NCBI GenBank assembly: GCA_977030845.1
Contig: OZ365109.1
Location: 45,818,001 to 45,882,000, forward strand
Source: Fimbriosthenelais zetlandica
Taxonomy: Eukaryota
DNA length: 64,000 nucleotides
Direction: 5' to 3'
Translations under genes and position numbers: made by a program
The notes under the pieces: generated by a model
The model's input: only the letters and a program-made list of their open reading frames with translations
What the model was told of the DNA's origin: nothing
Databases searched by the model: none
Shown here: one piece after another, positions 1 to 13,000 of the stretch
Layout: each line of letters opens with the position of its first letter
Position numbering within the stretch: the stretch's first letter is position 1

Positions 1-1445
1 TAGATTAGGTAATATAGACTTGACATCTTATCTACCTTATACATCTTATCTACCTTACACTTCTTACCTGCCTTATACATCTTATCTACCTTACACATCT
101 TATCTACCTTACACTTCTTATCTGCCTTATACATCTTATCTACCTTACACAACTTATCTACCTTATACATCTTATCTACCTTACACTTCTTATCTGCCTT
201 ATACATCTTATCTACCTTACACAACTTATCTACCTTATACATCTTATCTACCTTATACATCTTATATACCTTACACTTCTTATCTGCCTTATACATCTTA
301 TCTACCTTACACAACTTATCTACCTTATACATCTTATCTACCTTACACAACTTATCTACCTTATACATCTTATCTACCTTACACTTCTTATCTGCCTTAT
401 ACATCTTATCTACCTTACACAACTTATCTACCTTATACATCTTATCTACCTTACACAACTTATCTACCTTATACATCTTATCTACCTTACACTTCTTATC
501 TGCCTTATACATCTTATCTACCTTACACAACTTATCTACCTTATACATCTTATCAACCTTATACATCTTATCTGCCTTATACATCTTATCTACCTTACAC
601 TTCTTATCTGCCTTATACATCTTATCTACCTTACACAACTTATCTACCTTATACATCTTATCTACCTTACACTTCTTATCTGCCTTATACATCTTATCTA
701 CCTTACACAACTTATCTACCTTATACATCTTATCAACCTTATACATCTCATCTACCTTATCTATCTTTTACATCTTATCTATCATATACATATAATCTAC
801 CTTACACATCTTATCTGACTTATACATCTTATACCTTATCTACCTTATACATGTTATCTACCTTATACATGTTATCTACCTTCTCTACCGTATCTAATCC
901 ATGTCTTATCTATGTTACGATCTATTCCATTTAATCTATCTAATCTATTTTATCTATCTTATATATCCTATCAAGTCTATCTTATCTAATCTTCTATATA
1001 ATCCATCTTATCTACCATATCTACCTTATCTACCTTATACATCTTATCTACCTTATACATCTCATCTTCCTTACACATCTTATCTACCTTACACATCTTA
1101 TCTACCTTACACATCTTATCTACCTTATACATCTTATCTACCTTATATACCTTATACATCTTATCTACCTTATAGTCTTATCAGTCTTATCGGTCTTATC
1201 AGTATTATCGGTCTTATCAGTCTTATCAGTCTTATCCATATGCCTTATACATCTTATCTACCTTACACATAGTATCTACCTTATATATCTTATCTACCTT
1301 ATAAATCTTATCTACCTAACCTTATACATCTTATCTACCTTATACATCTTATCTACCTTATCTACCTTATACAACTTATCTACCTTATCTATCTTATACA
1401 TCTTATCAGTCTTATCGGTCTTATCGGTCTTATCCATCTTATCTA
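1..1445. repeat. 18-bp minisatellite (consensus ACATCTTATCTACCTTAT), truncated by the window start and degenerating after ~750
   Basis: Continuous 18-bp periodicity. The + strand is almost free of G. The 304-aa (PYTSYL)n ORF is simply its translation. Confidence 0.97.
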
Positions 1446-1589
1446 TCTCATTGAACTGTGTCCAATCTTTACTTTTGATAAACCTGAACCTTGGCCTAAT
1501 AATTTGGCCTAATGGATTTTCAAAAGCAATAGAACTTAAATAATTCACTCAGGAATTGCTGTTCGATTCCCGGAGCTGCCCAATGCATT

Positions 1590-2185
1590 TTCACCCCTAC
1601 ACCTCCACAATTGTACCTACATGGCTACTCCTACACCTCCACAATTGTACCTACACGGCTACCCCTACACCTAGACCTACACCTCTACCCCTACACCTCC
1701 ACAATTGTACCTACACGGCTACCCCTACACCTAGACCTACACCTCTACCCCTACACCTCCACAATTGTACCTACACGGCTACCCCTACACCTAGACCTAC
1801 ACCTCTACCCCTACACCTCCACAATTGTACCTACACGGCTACCCCTACACCTAGACCTACACCTCTACCCCTACACCTCCACAATTGTACCTACACGGCT
1901 ACCCCTACACCTCCACAATTGTACCTACACGGCTACCCCTACACCTCCACAATTGTACCTACACGGCTACCCCTACACCTCGACCTCAACAATTCTACCT
2001 ACACGTTTACCCCTAGACCTCTACACCCACACCTCTACCTACATACACCTTTACCCCTACACCACTACGCCTACACCTCTACAAATCTACCTACACCTCT
2101 ACCAACATACACCTTTAACCCTACACCTCTACAAATCTACCTACACCGCTTCCCCTACACCTCTACTTACACCTCTACCCCTACA
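1590..2185. repeat. Composite minisatellite: 34-bp unit CTACACCTCCACAATTGTACCTACACGGCTACCC, alternating with a 26-bp unit to give a 60-bp repeat
   Basis: About four 60-bp copies at ~1631-1870 (lines 1681, 1741 and 1801 are identical), flanked by 34-bp copies and a degenerate tail. ORFs 1556..2305 and 1611..2189 are repeat translations. Confidence 0.95.
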
Positions 2186-2688
2186 TTAATGAACAGAAAT
2201 ACACTATACAAATACATGAATATACAAATACACAAATATAGACAAATACACAAAAACTCATGTATATTGATTGACAAATACACAGATTCAATTAATATGC
2301 ACTGAAAATCATACACAAGTACACTTTTGTCTTCGCCAAAGGACACATTGTGTCTGCAAATTCTAGTTAATCAGTAACAGAGATATAATATTATGTGTGT
2401 TACTATTTCATGTGTGTCACTTAGTAGGTTTTTTGAATGTGTAAGCTAGACTTATAGTAAATGTAGGCTACTTGGAGTCTCAATAATATTATTCGGCCTG
2501 GGCAGGCCGCATCCATGGACTCTAGATTGACATTGATACTAAAAATGTCATCATTACTGATGATGTTATCCGAAGTAATCATCTTGAATGGCATCAACTC
2601 ATCAATAATAAAGCTCATTACTAGGTTATGACCTAGTGACCTAGCTGAAGCCCTAAGGTTCAGAGACTGGATTAGCTCATCAACTTAA

Positions 2689-3050
2689 AGCGGCACTATC
2701 ACCGATCAGTGATGACATTAATAAACCTAGGCTTAATCATGCAACTTTCTGTGCAAGTCTATGCAACTCCTATTCTAGTTTTCTCTTCTCTAGTCTAGTT
2801 TTCTCTTCGTTAGTCTAGCTCTTCTCCATTTTGTTTCTCCAAAGCATTTCTCTCCTAGTCTTTAATAATCCTTAAATTTTCTTCCCTAGCATTATTTCCT
2901 AGCATTATTGTATTTCAACTAGTTATTCAGAAACCAGGCTATAACCAGACCCCCTTTAAATAGATCGAAGATCCCTGATCAGTGTACATGAGTGTGAAAG
3001 GACTATATTATAGAGCATTATGTAAATGTCCTAATGGTGATAGAGCGGCT
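2689..3050. mobile_element. Non-autonomous DNA transposon (MITE), Kolobok-like
   Basis: TTAA|AGCGGCACTATCACC ... GGTGATAGAGCGGCT|TTAA. The TIRs match 13/15, both sides carry TTAA, and the AG..CT termini fit Kolobok. No ORF. Confidence 0.7.
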
Positions 3051-6000
3051 TTAACAGTGGCTTATGTCTAGCACGTCTTTGGAATGGAACACACCCCTGG
3101 TAATGTTTAGATTATAGATATAGAATTGCTGGAGGCAGGATAAAATAATCAGGTATTTTTATGAATACATGGCCTGAGTTTCACTTCATGACACCTGACA
3201 TGATAAATGCTGTTTACTGTCATTGACTGACTAAGACAAGAAATGAAAGACAAATCTCATTGACAGCCACCTACAGCTCCCCACCACATATAGCTTCCCT
3301 GTCACTCACAATTCCAGTAACTATAGCAACCACTTGTTTTCCCATCATGTAATGTCCTTCAGTCCAAGGACAGCATGTCAAATTATCAAACGGTGGGAGG
3401 GAATGGGGAGAAAGATATGTGTAAATAATTGAATGAATACTGGTAGAAGAGTAGAGAGTGACAGGCAGACAGAAACATCGGTCGAAGAGAAAATGAATAC
3501 AGATGAAGATGGATCCGAAGAAGAAAACGAGGTTTAGCAGTTCATTGAGATGGATTATTAAAAAGTCACTAATACATTGTACAGTGAAAGTTTAAATAGT
3601 CAGTCTATAAAATAGAGAGAAAATAGAGAGGTATATTGATGTGATATGTATACAATGGAATGATTGTATATTTTCTGTCAGGACCATTATTACATTATTA
3701 CACATCATTATGTTTTTTGAGAGGACAGGTACATTAATCTAATGGAGTATTATGGGAAGACCTGTCCACCAAAAAGAGCTTCTTTTTAATTTTTACAATT
3801 CATTCATCTTTTTTGCAACAAGAGCAATGGGGGTATTCTCAGACGGCGGGACACCAAATTACACACTTGTATAGGCCTACATTAGGTAGTAATATAGGCT
3901 TTTTGAATGAGTAAAGACCGTGGCATTACGCTGTGACCAAAATGAAGAAGGGATAGTCTTTTTCTGCTAAGTTGCACAACTATACAGTTTAAGTGCACTA
4001 TTTTTGGCGACAGTCTCTGGTAATATAGCCCCAGTAATTTGTATGTAAAACATTCCTTTCATATCACAATCATTCATGATCAAGCAAGAGACATTTCTTG
4101 TTGATTCCCATCAGAAGATGAAAAAGAAAGTGTAGGCAATGGCTGCATTTGGGACAATCTGGACTTCTCTGTCATCAATTGTGCCTAACGCACTTCCTCC
4201 ACCAAGCCAATTAGTTGTCTCAAATTGTGTTTGTACTCGGTAATGGGAGCCGTACATTGAGGGAGAGCGCCTCTGCTGTCTAAAACTAACAAAGGATGCT
4301 CCCTCGGCACTGACGGCAACAAGCTTAGCTAATGTAGGCAACGCCTGGCTGGCTCTGAGTGTGCTTTTTGCGGTATATAAAGTTGTTCCCTCGCGTTTCC
4401 AGCTCAAACAAGTTAATGGTAAAACAATGAGCCTACGATATTTCTTTAGGGAAAGTCCAAGAATTCAATAATTATTACTTTTCTCCCTTCGGAGTAATTT
4501 GGATTTTGTATTTTAGAAGAAAATCTTTTATTTACATAGGTCTGAAAATGTCGAGTTGCATCAGGGATATACATGTATATTCTTTTAGTATATGGGATTT
4601 TGGGCTTTTGGGCTTTTGGGCCTTCGGGCAAGAAACCCTAAATACTATAGAGCAAGAGTCCTCATGTCAACTAACAGATGCTCTATTCTCTAAATAGGGT
4701 TTTGGGAGCCAACTGTCTTTATTTTTTAAGACCTGACAGCCTTCGTTGAAATGGAATTTCCTATTATTATTTAGACCTACGTTTGATGAAACTGGCTTTC
4801 TACGGATAAACTGAGTGGGTGCATTAGTAACCCTCCATCCAACCCCTTCCAGGCCTGCCGTGCACTCTTATGTGAAGTGTGGTCAGTATTGCCTCTATTC
4901 CCAACGGTCCGGTGGATCCATTTCCTCTGTATTAGCCAAGGTTTTATAAATTAATTATGGAAAAACCAATAGTGTTCAATGGGGCTGGTTGGTCCCCGGT
5001 GAGGCGGACGGGCGTAGCTATAAGAGTCTGTTTAGGGAATGGACTCATGCAGGAAGGGAGGTTTCTGCTCCCTGAAGTGGGTTCAAGATCGGTCCCCTTC
5101 AGACAGGAAAATTCAATGGAAAGGCACTGAACATAATTGAGGGCTTATTGTAAGGTCAATCCATCAAAATGCTTGACTTCATTGACTTCTGCATGCAACA
5201 TCAATAGTTTGAGCGCAACTTTCTTTTAAAACGGGTCTCAAGCAGGAATTAGCAGGGATAAAAGCGAATCCTACACTACAGTATATAAAGTGAATGATGT
5301 TTGATTCTATATAAATAAAACAGGATGATCAAAGCAGTCAACAAACTAGATCTGCTATATGGGAGGTCCCTGAAGGATGAAACCATCAAGTGATCCAGTT
5401 CCATACTTTATGGGCTGGCTGAGAATAAAAGTTGACAAGCAACTTCTGACAGGTTTCCTTGTGTGGTGCCTTCCTGAACCATCCCTGGTCACCCAGCCCT
5501 GTCTCGTGGGAGTCGTTGGCGATCAACTTTGTTGAAGGTATGAAAAGACCTAATGAAGACAGGTCGGTCCTGGGGGCTTCCTATCACCCAGCCACCACGT
5601 GCTGTTTATCTGATAAGCTCCCATCATCTGCATATCTTATCTCACACAGCCACGTGTGCTTAATCTGCCATGACCAGACGCATTGAGCACTGCCTTTCTC
5701 TCACCTCTCCATTTTCTATCGGGAGTGACTGGAGTCCAAGACCTGAACAAATAATGATGAATGACCACACCCTGATAGCTTGGATAATATCAATCTGAGC
5801 ACTACATGGTTACTGTTTGGTGTTGATTTACCTCAATTGGTATTTACCCACCTTTTTGGTTGCTCTATGATTCAAGGGCTCATTCAGTTCATGACCCAAA
5901 TGGTACTTTTCGTTTTATGAGGTTAATATTAAGGTAATCAGACTGTTTCATCAGTTATTCTAATTGTCTATGGGTTTCTAATTGTTTAGTCCCACGGGGG

Positions 6001-8429
6001 TTCTTTGCCTTTCGAGTGTTGTGATCTTGCAGCTAGCGATTTTGTTACAGCTAGCTGGCCTCAACTTGCAGAAGATGCGGCAGTCGCGATAGAAAATACA
6101 GCTACCCCATTAATTGACTTCCTTTTTTGCTATATTTCCCTTTTTGACCTATAATATTGCTGACCCTGATGCGGAAACGTGTATGGATCCTCAGGAGCAG
6201 TGACTGAGATAGCGATCGAGTAGTCAATCAAATGAATTCCTTTGAAGGCTAGAGAACATTTCATTGTTCAAAGGGGTGAAAATCTGGAGCGATCCACCCA
6301 CTGCACATCCTTTCTACTCTAGTGATTAAGCACATGTGATGGATCAGCCTCCCTTGGATGAGTAGAGGATGATTAAGGTCAACGACAAAGCCATTGGTTG
6401 CCTATAATAGAAGATCTTTTCAGTTTATGATAGTGATGCATCATTTTAGGCCTATAGATAACGTTAAAGCCACAAAGCCTTTTACACTAAAGGTATAGGC
6501 GCTCGAGCCATACACTAATGTGCATATCATGTTCCTGTTCCATGGCCTTTTATGCATGCATGCATCATGGTGTTGTTATGGCACTGAGGGCCATCATGCA
6601 TTGTTATAAATGGATAATGTTATATTGATTTTATATTTGAATTGATTCAAGCAAAGTAAAAGGCAAGCGTTTCGAGAGGCAACCAGCAGGTTTTAAATTC
6701 ATTGCATTCAGTAACATAACTGATTTTTCTTCTGGCTATCATTATCATGTCATTATCATGAAATTATTGCTGATAATTACATTTATAATGGAGAATCAAA
6801 TGAATGTACCCTCCACCTATAATAGTAGGGATCAGCGAGGGTCAATAATAATAGCTGTGATGTGATCTGTGCACAAATTACCATAATTCTCCTTTTGCTT
6901 GGAATGGGTAGTAGTAGTAGTATTTGAAGAAGGGATTTGAAACAGTGTCGGACTTTCAGTCTACGTTCTATACACAATTCTATATGCTCTGCGCGAGAGC
7001 AGGACTGAGAGAGCAAGACAAAGAGGGAGTGAGATACGGAGAGAGAGCAGGATGGAGAGGGAGTGAGAGAGGGAGGGTCAGAGGGATAGAGGAGGAGAGG
7101 GAGTGAGAGGAAGAAAGACGAAGGAAGAGTTGGGTTCCTGACATTGCGTGGGTGGTAGGAGTGTTTGTGGGGAGAGATGGGTAAACTAGCCCTCGTCTTC
7201 ATGACAGTGACTGACTGAGTCAGTAGACGTCCAGTCAGCAACTTTCCGCGAATAACAGGACGAGAGGGAAACACACTGTCGGTACACAATGATCTGCTGC
7301 TTTGCTGGGGTCCTTGTACATATTACAACAGTCAGAGGGAGACATGACCTATAGATGGTCTTTGATACGCCAGTTAGCAGAACTGAGTGGAGAAAGTGAG
7401 TGGATTGTTGATTTTATTGATTGATCAGTGGAAGCAAAAATTAAAAAAAACTCAAAGACGGGCAAGTCCGGGAGAAGGTCTGAAAGACTCCACTGATCAT
7501 CTGCTTATACATATGAACTGTCAATTATTTTGCTTCATCTATTGTCTGAAGCTATGACAACCAAGAAGGGGGTGATGAATATTTGATAGAACAGCTCTTT
7601 ACATGCCTCATTCTCATATCAATACTTCATTTAATTAATCAGCCCATGACTGTTAGGAATTAAAGTATTGATATCCATATTACAGGTACCCACACACTGT
7701 GAAAATAGTTGTTCGGAAATAGACATTTCTTCAAAGGGTCGCAAATTAGCTGATGTATCTTTTGACCAATCCCGTATATTAGACACCTTAAGACCTTCAT
7801 GTCTCATTAAACACTATAGACCCAAGTGATGTACAGGAGGTTCCATGTATGCCATTAAGAGGTGCAACATGTATGAGCTTCTTTCTTCATGCTGTAGCTT
7901 GTAGTGCCCAAGGGTACAAGCTCCAATGTTCTCGACTCTACTCTGTTTTATTTTCAACTGAGGTAATTCATACTGAATCCTGGGCTGCAGGAAAACTAGT
8001 TATGTTTTGCCTCTGACAAATTGGACTTCAAGGCTGGCATAAATATTCGGGCTGTCAGTGTCAGAAATACATTTTGAAGGCAAGATGCAAGAAATAGGTC
8101 ATGGGATGGCTGGCCTTGGGATATTTCAGTCTTGGAATTGAGAATCATTGGTTGGATTGAATTTCTGTTTTAAGGGGAAGAGGTCAGAACCCCTCGAGAT
8201 CCATTCAACAAAAAGTCAGATTAAAATTGAATCACCTCGAGGTTCCAAAGTCTCCAGTGCAAGGTTTCGCAGAGCAGTATTTACACCATATTTGTAGCAG
8301 CCGTTATCATGATGCCATTATGACGACCTAGAGCAACGACCCCAACCTGCTGCATAACAAACATTATGATGTACATCCAAGAGTGCTTTAATGTAATTAT
8401 GTAGACCAAGAAAAGCACTGTGATAAACT

Positions 8430-8900
8430 TAATCTGATGGCGGCCATGTTTTGGAAATCTACAACAGGAAGTAATGTTGTAGGCGCCCCTGACCAATTAG
8501 AGAGGTGAAAACCATCCAATCGGCTCATCCAACATGACCAAGAACATCTCAAATTTAGATACCCTGCTAGTGTTGAATAGGCCTTATAGAAGTGGCACTT
8601 TTTACATAATATACCTATTATAATTATGAAGACTTTCGTCTTTTTTAATGTACATACATAGACTGATGGCACAAAAACTGCATAATTGACGCTACACCTG
8701 ATTCCATCGGCGCCGGCAAAGCTCGAAGCGCCCCCTAACGAGTTTGCCTGGTGGTGAGCGAGTGGCGCGATCACATTAAGGCGGGAGCAGCTCAAGCCTT
8801 GGCCCCGAGCAGATCTCATTACTGGCTGGAGGCCCGTCCCACCAGCAGATTTAGACCTCAGCCTGGCTACACGGCCCACAATGAATACTGATTGGCCGCA
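8430..8900. promoter_or_regulatory. CpG-rich promoter-like patch
   Basis: Local CpG enrichment (8690-8900), YY1-like ATGGCGGCCATG (~8438), ETS-like CAGGAAGT (~8465) and a CCAAT box CTGATTGGC (~8888). No transcript evidence. Confidence 0.3.
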
Positions 8901-10042
8901 CTTAGAAACAAGCCGGAGAGGACATGACAAAGAGGAGTCTCTACAGTGTAAATCGTGGTCATATCTCAGCCTGTTATGCTCCTGTTTACCATAGACTTTC
9001 ACAGCACATAGCCCGTGGCATGTCGGCTCATAAATGTCTATCTTTCAAGAAGAAACCGGTGGATCGAAAGGCAGATTTTTACACCAGTATATCCCGGTGA
9101 ATTTCCTGGATTGAACATTTTACTTGACTTCTAGCTTTGCATTAATCATTCTTATTAATTGAAGCTAAACGTCCCGTTGAAAATATCTCCAATTAAGATA
9201 GCTAATTATAACCGATGGTTGGCAGTCTGGGCTGTGAAAGGCTTGAAAGGAAAAGGTGTGGGTTTTTTAGCTTTTCATTTAGAAGTCTGAAGTGTTAGTG
9301 AACTTTGTTGCTTAATATGCCTGCGTCCAAGGTCCCACCCTCTTCCACAGGCCATGAAGGGTGGGAGGAGTGACAGGGGGAAATTGCCTGACTTAAAAAG
9401 TGGGAAATCTCCTTTCAATGGACAATAATTTTATATTGGTTCTACCCCAACAGTCCCTCTTGCCCCCTATACACCCCCGCAAGCCCGTATTATAGTCTGA
9501 CTAAGTGATTGTTGGAATACATGCAGGAAGGCACAAATAACCTCTACCATTCGCGCAGATTTCAATGGCTGATAAAGCCAGAGACCTGCCTACTGGTTAA
9601 TGAATAAGAGATCGATTTAGACAGGATCCATTAAGTGAACAAGCCAGGGCCTTAATTAGAAAGCTATATCTCTATACCACATCCCATTCTCAGCTCAATG
9701 TCTTCACATCTGATCATCCCTTTCCAATCAATATTTAATACGTACAGGCAAAGGAATTTTGCACCACCTATAAGAATAGACCTTTGTATACATAAAACTT
9801 TGTATATTAAGATTAAAATATGAATTATATATGTATCAGATTCTGTTATAATAGCCCATACATAATGTGTTTGACAATTTAGAATATATTCAGGAGGAGA
9901 GCTGCAAGAGGTTCTGTCAGCGCATGATCTTTTCCTTGTACAGAGTCATATTTTTAGTTTATCAAACTTAGTCTCAAACACAATATAATATAATTTGCCA
10001 GCACTTTGTAAGGCATAAGGTTGGAAGTTCAAAGTTCGACTC

Positions 10043-10068
10043 TAATCGGTGATAGCGCCGCTTTAATT
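10043..10068. mobile_element. Solitary terminus of the same Kolobok-like MITE family
   Basis: CTAATCGGTGATAGCGCCGCTTTAA is the near reverse complement of the left end at 2685-2708. I saw no partner end. Confidence 0.55.
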
Positions 10069-13000
10069 ACCCTATATATACACATATAGCTGTATAGCTG
10101 TATTATATACATGTATATGATTGTATGTATATAACTATATACATGTATAGGCATTAGGCATATTGGGGTAGTACAAAATGTTTAAAAAATAATTTTAAAA
10201 AACAATATATGCCAGTAACAATTGCCTTGATGTGGGCAACTGTCTCTTCACTAATATTGTAAATAATATATAAATTTTAAAAATTATATTCATGAATAAT
10301 TATAATTTGATGACATAAAAACGTGGACTAAGAGACTTCTAACCCCATAGCTACCATTTATCCCTTGGTATCTTAGGAAGTTATTTCCCATAATAATATC
10401 ATAGGAAAATCCAGCTTATGTTACTGCATGTATACTTTGTCTCAAAGGTCCAGTATCTATATTTCATATTTCTTGTATGTATGCATTACTGAACAAATAT
10501 ACCCCATGTAAGCCCACGCCCAATCCCGCTGCAACATAATACCGAGATCTCTGATGGGGGGCTGGTTTGTTGGCTTAGGAGTAAATCCTATAATCTCGAG
10601 AGTACCTATTGACCTATTGAATGAGCAGCTCATTTACAGTCTGCACTTAGTAACTTGGCATTTTCAACTTTCAGGCCTTTATATCAGCAAGGCACTAACT
10701 AAATTGCAAAGCCAATCTATCCTGACATTCATGAATACATTGAGCGCTTCATTGGAATATTGTAGGCAAATTTACAAGTACTTCACGAATAATGACGAAA
10801 TCTCGATTATTGACATCAATGCTAATATTACCGCCTCAATTAATCTCAATAATCGAGTCATTATTTTGTAAGTTATTTGTAAATCCATAATCACAACCAT
10901 GTGTTTAGGACCAATACCTATCAGAGATTATTTTGCCCATCAAAATAGCTTTTTTTGTTTTGATTTTGTGTGGGTTTCTTGTTTGTTTGTTTAATGTGTT
11001 TGTGCACTAAAATGAGTGATAAGATCTGAAGGAAACTATTACAGCTAGTGTAATCCATATCACTTAAGTGTATCCATATGACCTAGTTCCTGAATAACAT
11101 AAATGTATGCGAAATTCAAATGGATCTGCAGGATCTCCCATGCTTAAAAGCTTATAATTAGGAAGCTTGTCAGTTGAAATTTAGGTACTGCACTCAATAA
11201 ATGAGCAACACTTTGGAGGGGAGGTAATGCATATAACAGCGTGGCTCAGAGTGACTCAGTCTGTTGCCTTCACATGTAGCTCTTGGTATGGGACCAGCTG
11301 GCCCAGTCCCGTCATTGGGATTTGGCCCCAGTAACAGCTCGGTTTATGTGCTTACATTGCACTAACTCCTGGAGATCCAGACGCTGGGGACAGCTACTAT
11401 TTTAGCCAGCAGGATTTTCCCAAGTCGAAAAGTTCCACTTGGTTATTTTTTTTAATTCCCCTTTACAGTTGAAAATCAAGGAAAAACTCTTGATTAGCAA
11501 TGATGGCAACATTCCAGCTTTTACCAATCGCTCATGCGGGGGAATATTGTCCTGCGATAATTACATCGTTGTAATTGATTTGGCCAGTTTTAAAAGAAAG
11601 CTGTTGTGTTCACTCGTTTAATTCCTTCCGCTAGTTTAAATATGCCTTCCAGGGATGGTGCTCACACAGACTCATAACAGTTCTTCCCAATTTCCCCTTA
11701 AAACCAACATTTGTTTTGATTCGTTTTAATGTGATCGTCGCAATAATTTTGTTCCAATATTATCAGATTAATTAGCAAGGGACGATTGCTCACGGGTTGG
11801 CGCACTGCAAATTAGTGAGGCCATTCTCTTAATGTAGTTTAATTAATTGGAGGTCGACTCTAGACCTTTCCAATGAGACCACACACATCAGACATATTAT
11901 GCCTAGATATGATGATTATTATATTGAATATACTCATCATTATTGCCTTTAATAAAAATAAATCAACCTTTCTATTTAATTTCAGACAAATGCGAGGACA
12001 TGCAGTGAAATAAGCCAAAAGCCCTGTCTATATGGAGGTAGGTACAATATTAGCTATATATGAAATCTAATATTGACCCAATCAATTATGTGGAATAATG
12101 ATTTTTATGACCTAACAGGGCAGAATCACAGTATCATTCACAGAATATGAGCAAATCTGGTCATAACTACTGTGTCACAGATCAGCACAACAATCGGTAT
12201 TGTGCGTTATCAGTCATAGATGTTACCTTTAAGGCTGGTATTGCAAAAGACACTTGCATACAAATCTAGCACCCATGGCGGACACCATGCGGGGATAAGA
12301 TCAATATTATTTATACCCCTACCAACCGGTTGCAGAAGGTCCTACTATCTAAACGCCCTATAAGCCCCCAGTAGAAGTCCCTTAATCCTACTCCTGTTGG
12401 CCCCTCTACGCTCATTTGTCTGCACTAATTGATTTCTAGCATCAATCTTAATGCATTAAGGGAAAGGATTGAAGGGGCATTCAAATCCCCCTGCTTTTGC
12501 GGCGTGATTTTACCTGGGGCAAAATCATTTGTCTCAAGATTTCCTATTGTATTTGCAGTAATAATGCGATGTATCAATCATGATGATACGAACAGTCTTC
12601 ATCATTTCAAAATCCTCAAAATAAGTTTGTTTTCTCCTAAGATATCAGTAACAGCGTATTTTAGGCTATTTTCAAACAGATTTGCCAAAAGTTAATGTTA
12701 TTAATATGGCATTTACCATCTATTCCGATAAGACAGTGTTTAGCCGGGGTTGGGCAATCTTTCGATACTATTATTTATACAGAAAGATTATCTGCATTTA
12801 CATATGAAAGCCTACAACCAATAAGGGGAGAAAAGCAAAGTTTGACCCGGAATATTTTTTGTAGATGAAAATGTACCATATCAAATCACTCTTCAAGACG
12901 TGATGAGGATGTGGTTTTTGGCACATTTCTGACACCAGGGGTGTGGTTTGGTCACGATGTCCCAGAAGGTCAACATGTGTGACTTTCTTGTATATTATGA

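Noticed and set aside
20-2305. Long ORFs (PYTSYL)n, (LHLHNCTYTATPTPRPTPLP)n and related
   Set aside because: Translations of G-poor tandem repeats that happen to lack stops. No other coding signal.
6160-6180. CCTGATG...GAAAC and other CTGATGA sites as hammerhead ribozymes
   Set aside because: None has the CUGAUGA-stem II-GAAA arrangement with closing stems.
11987-12038. Small AG/GT-bounded exon TNARTCSEISQKPCLYG (EGF-like start)
   Set aside because: I could not find a compatible next exon without stops, and it is too short to support alone.
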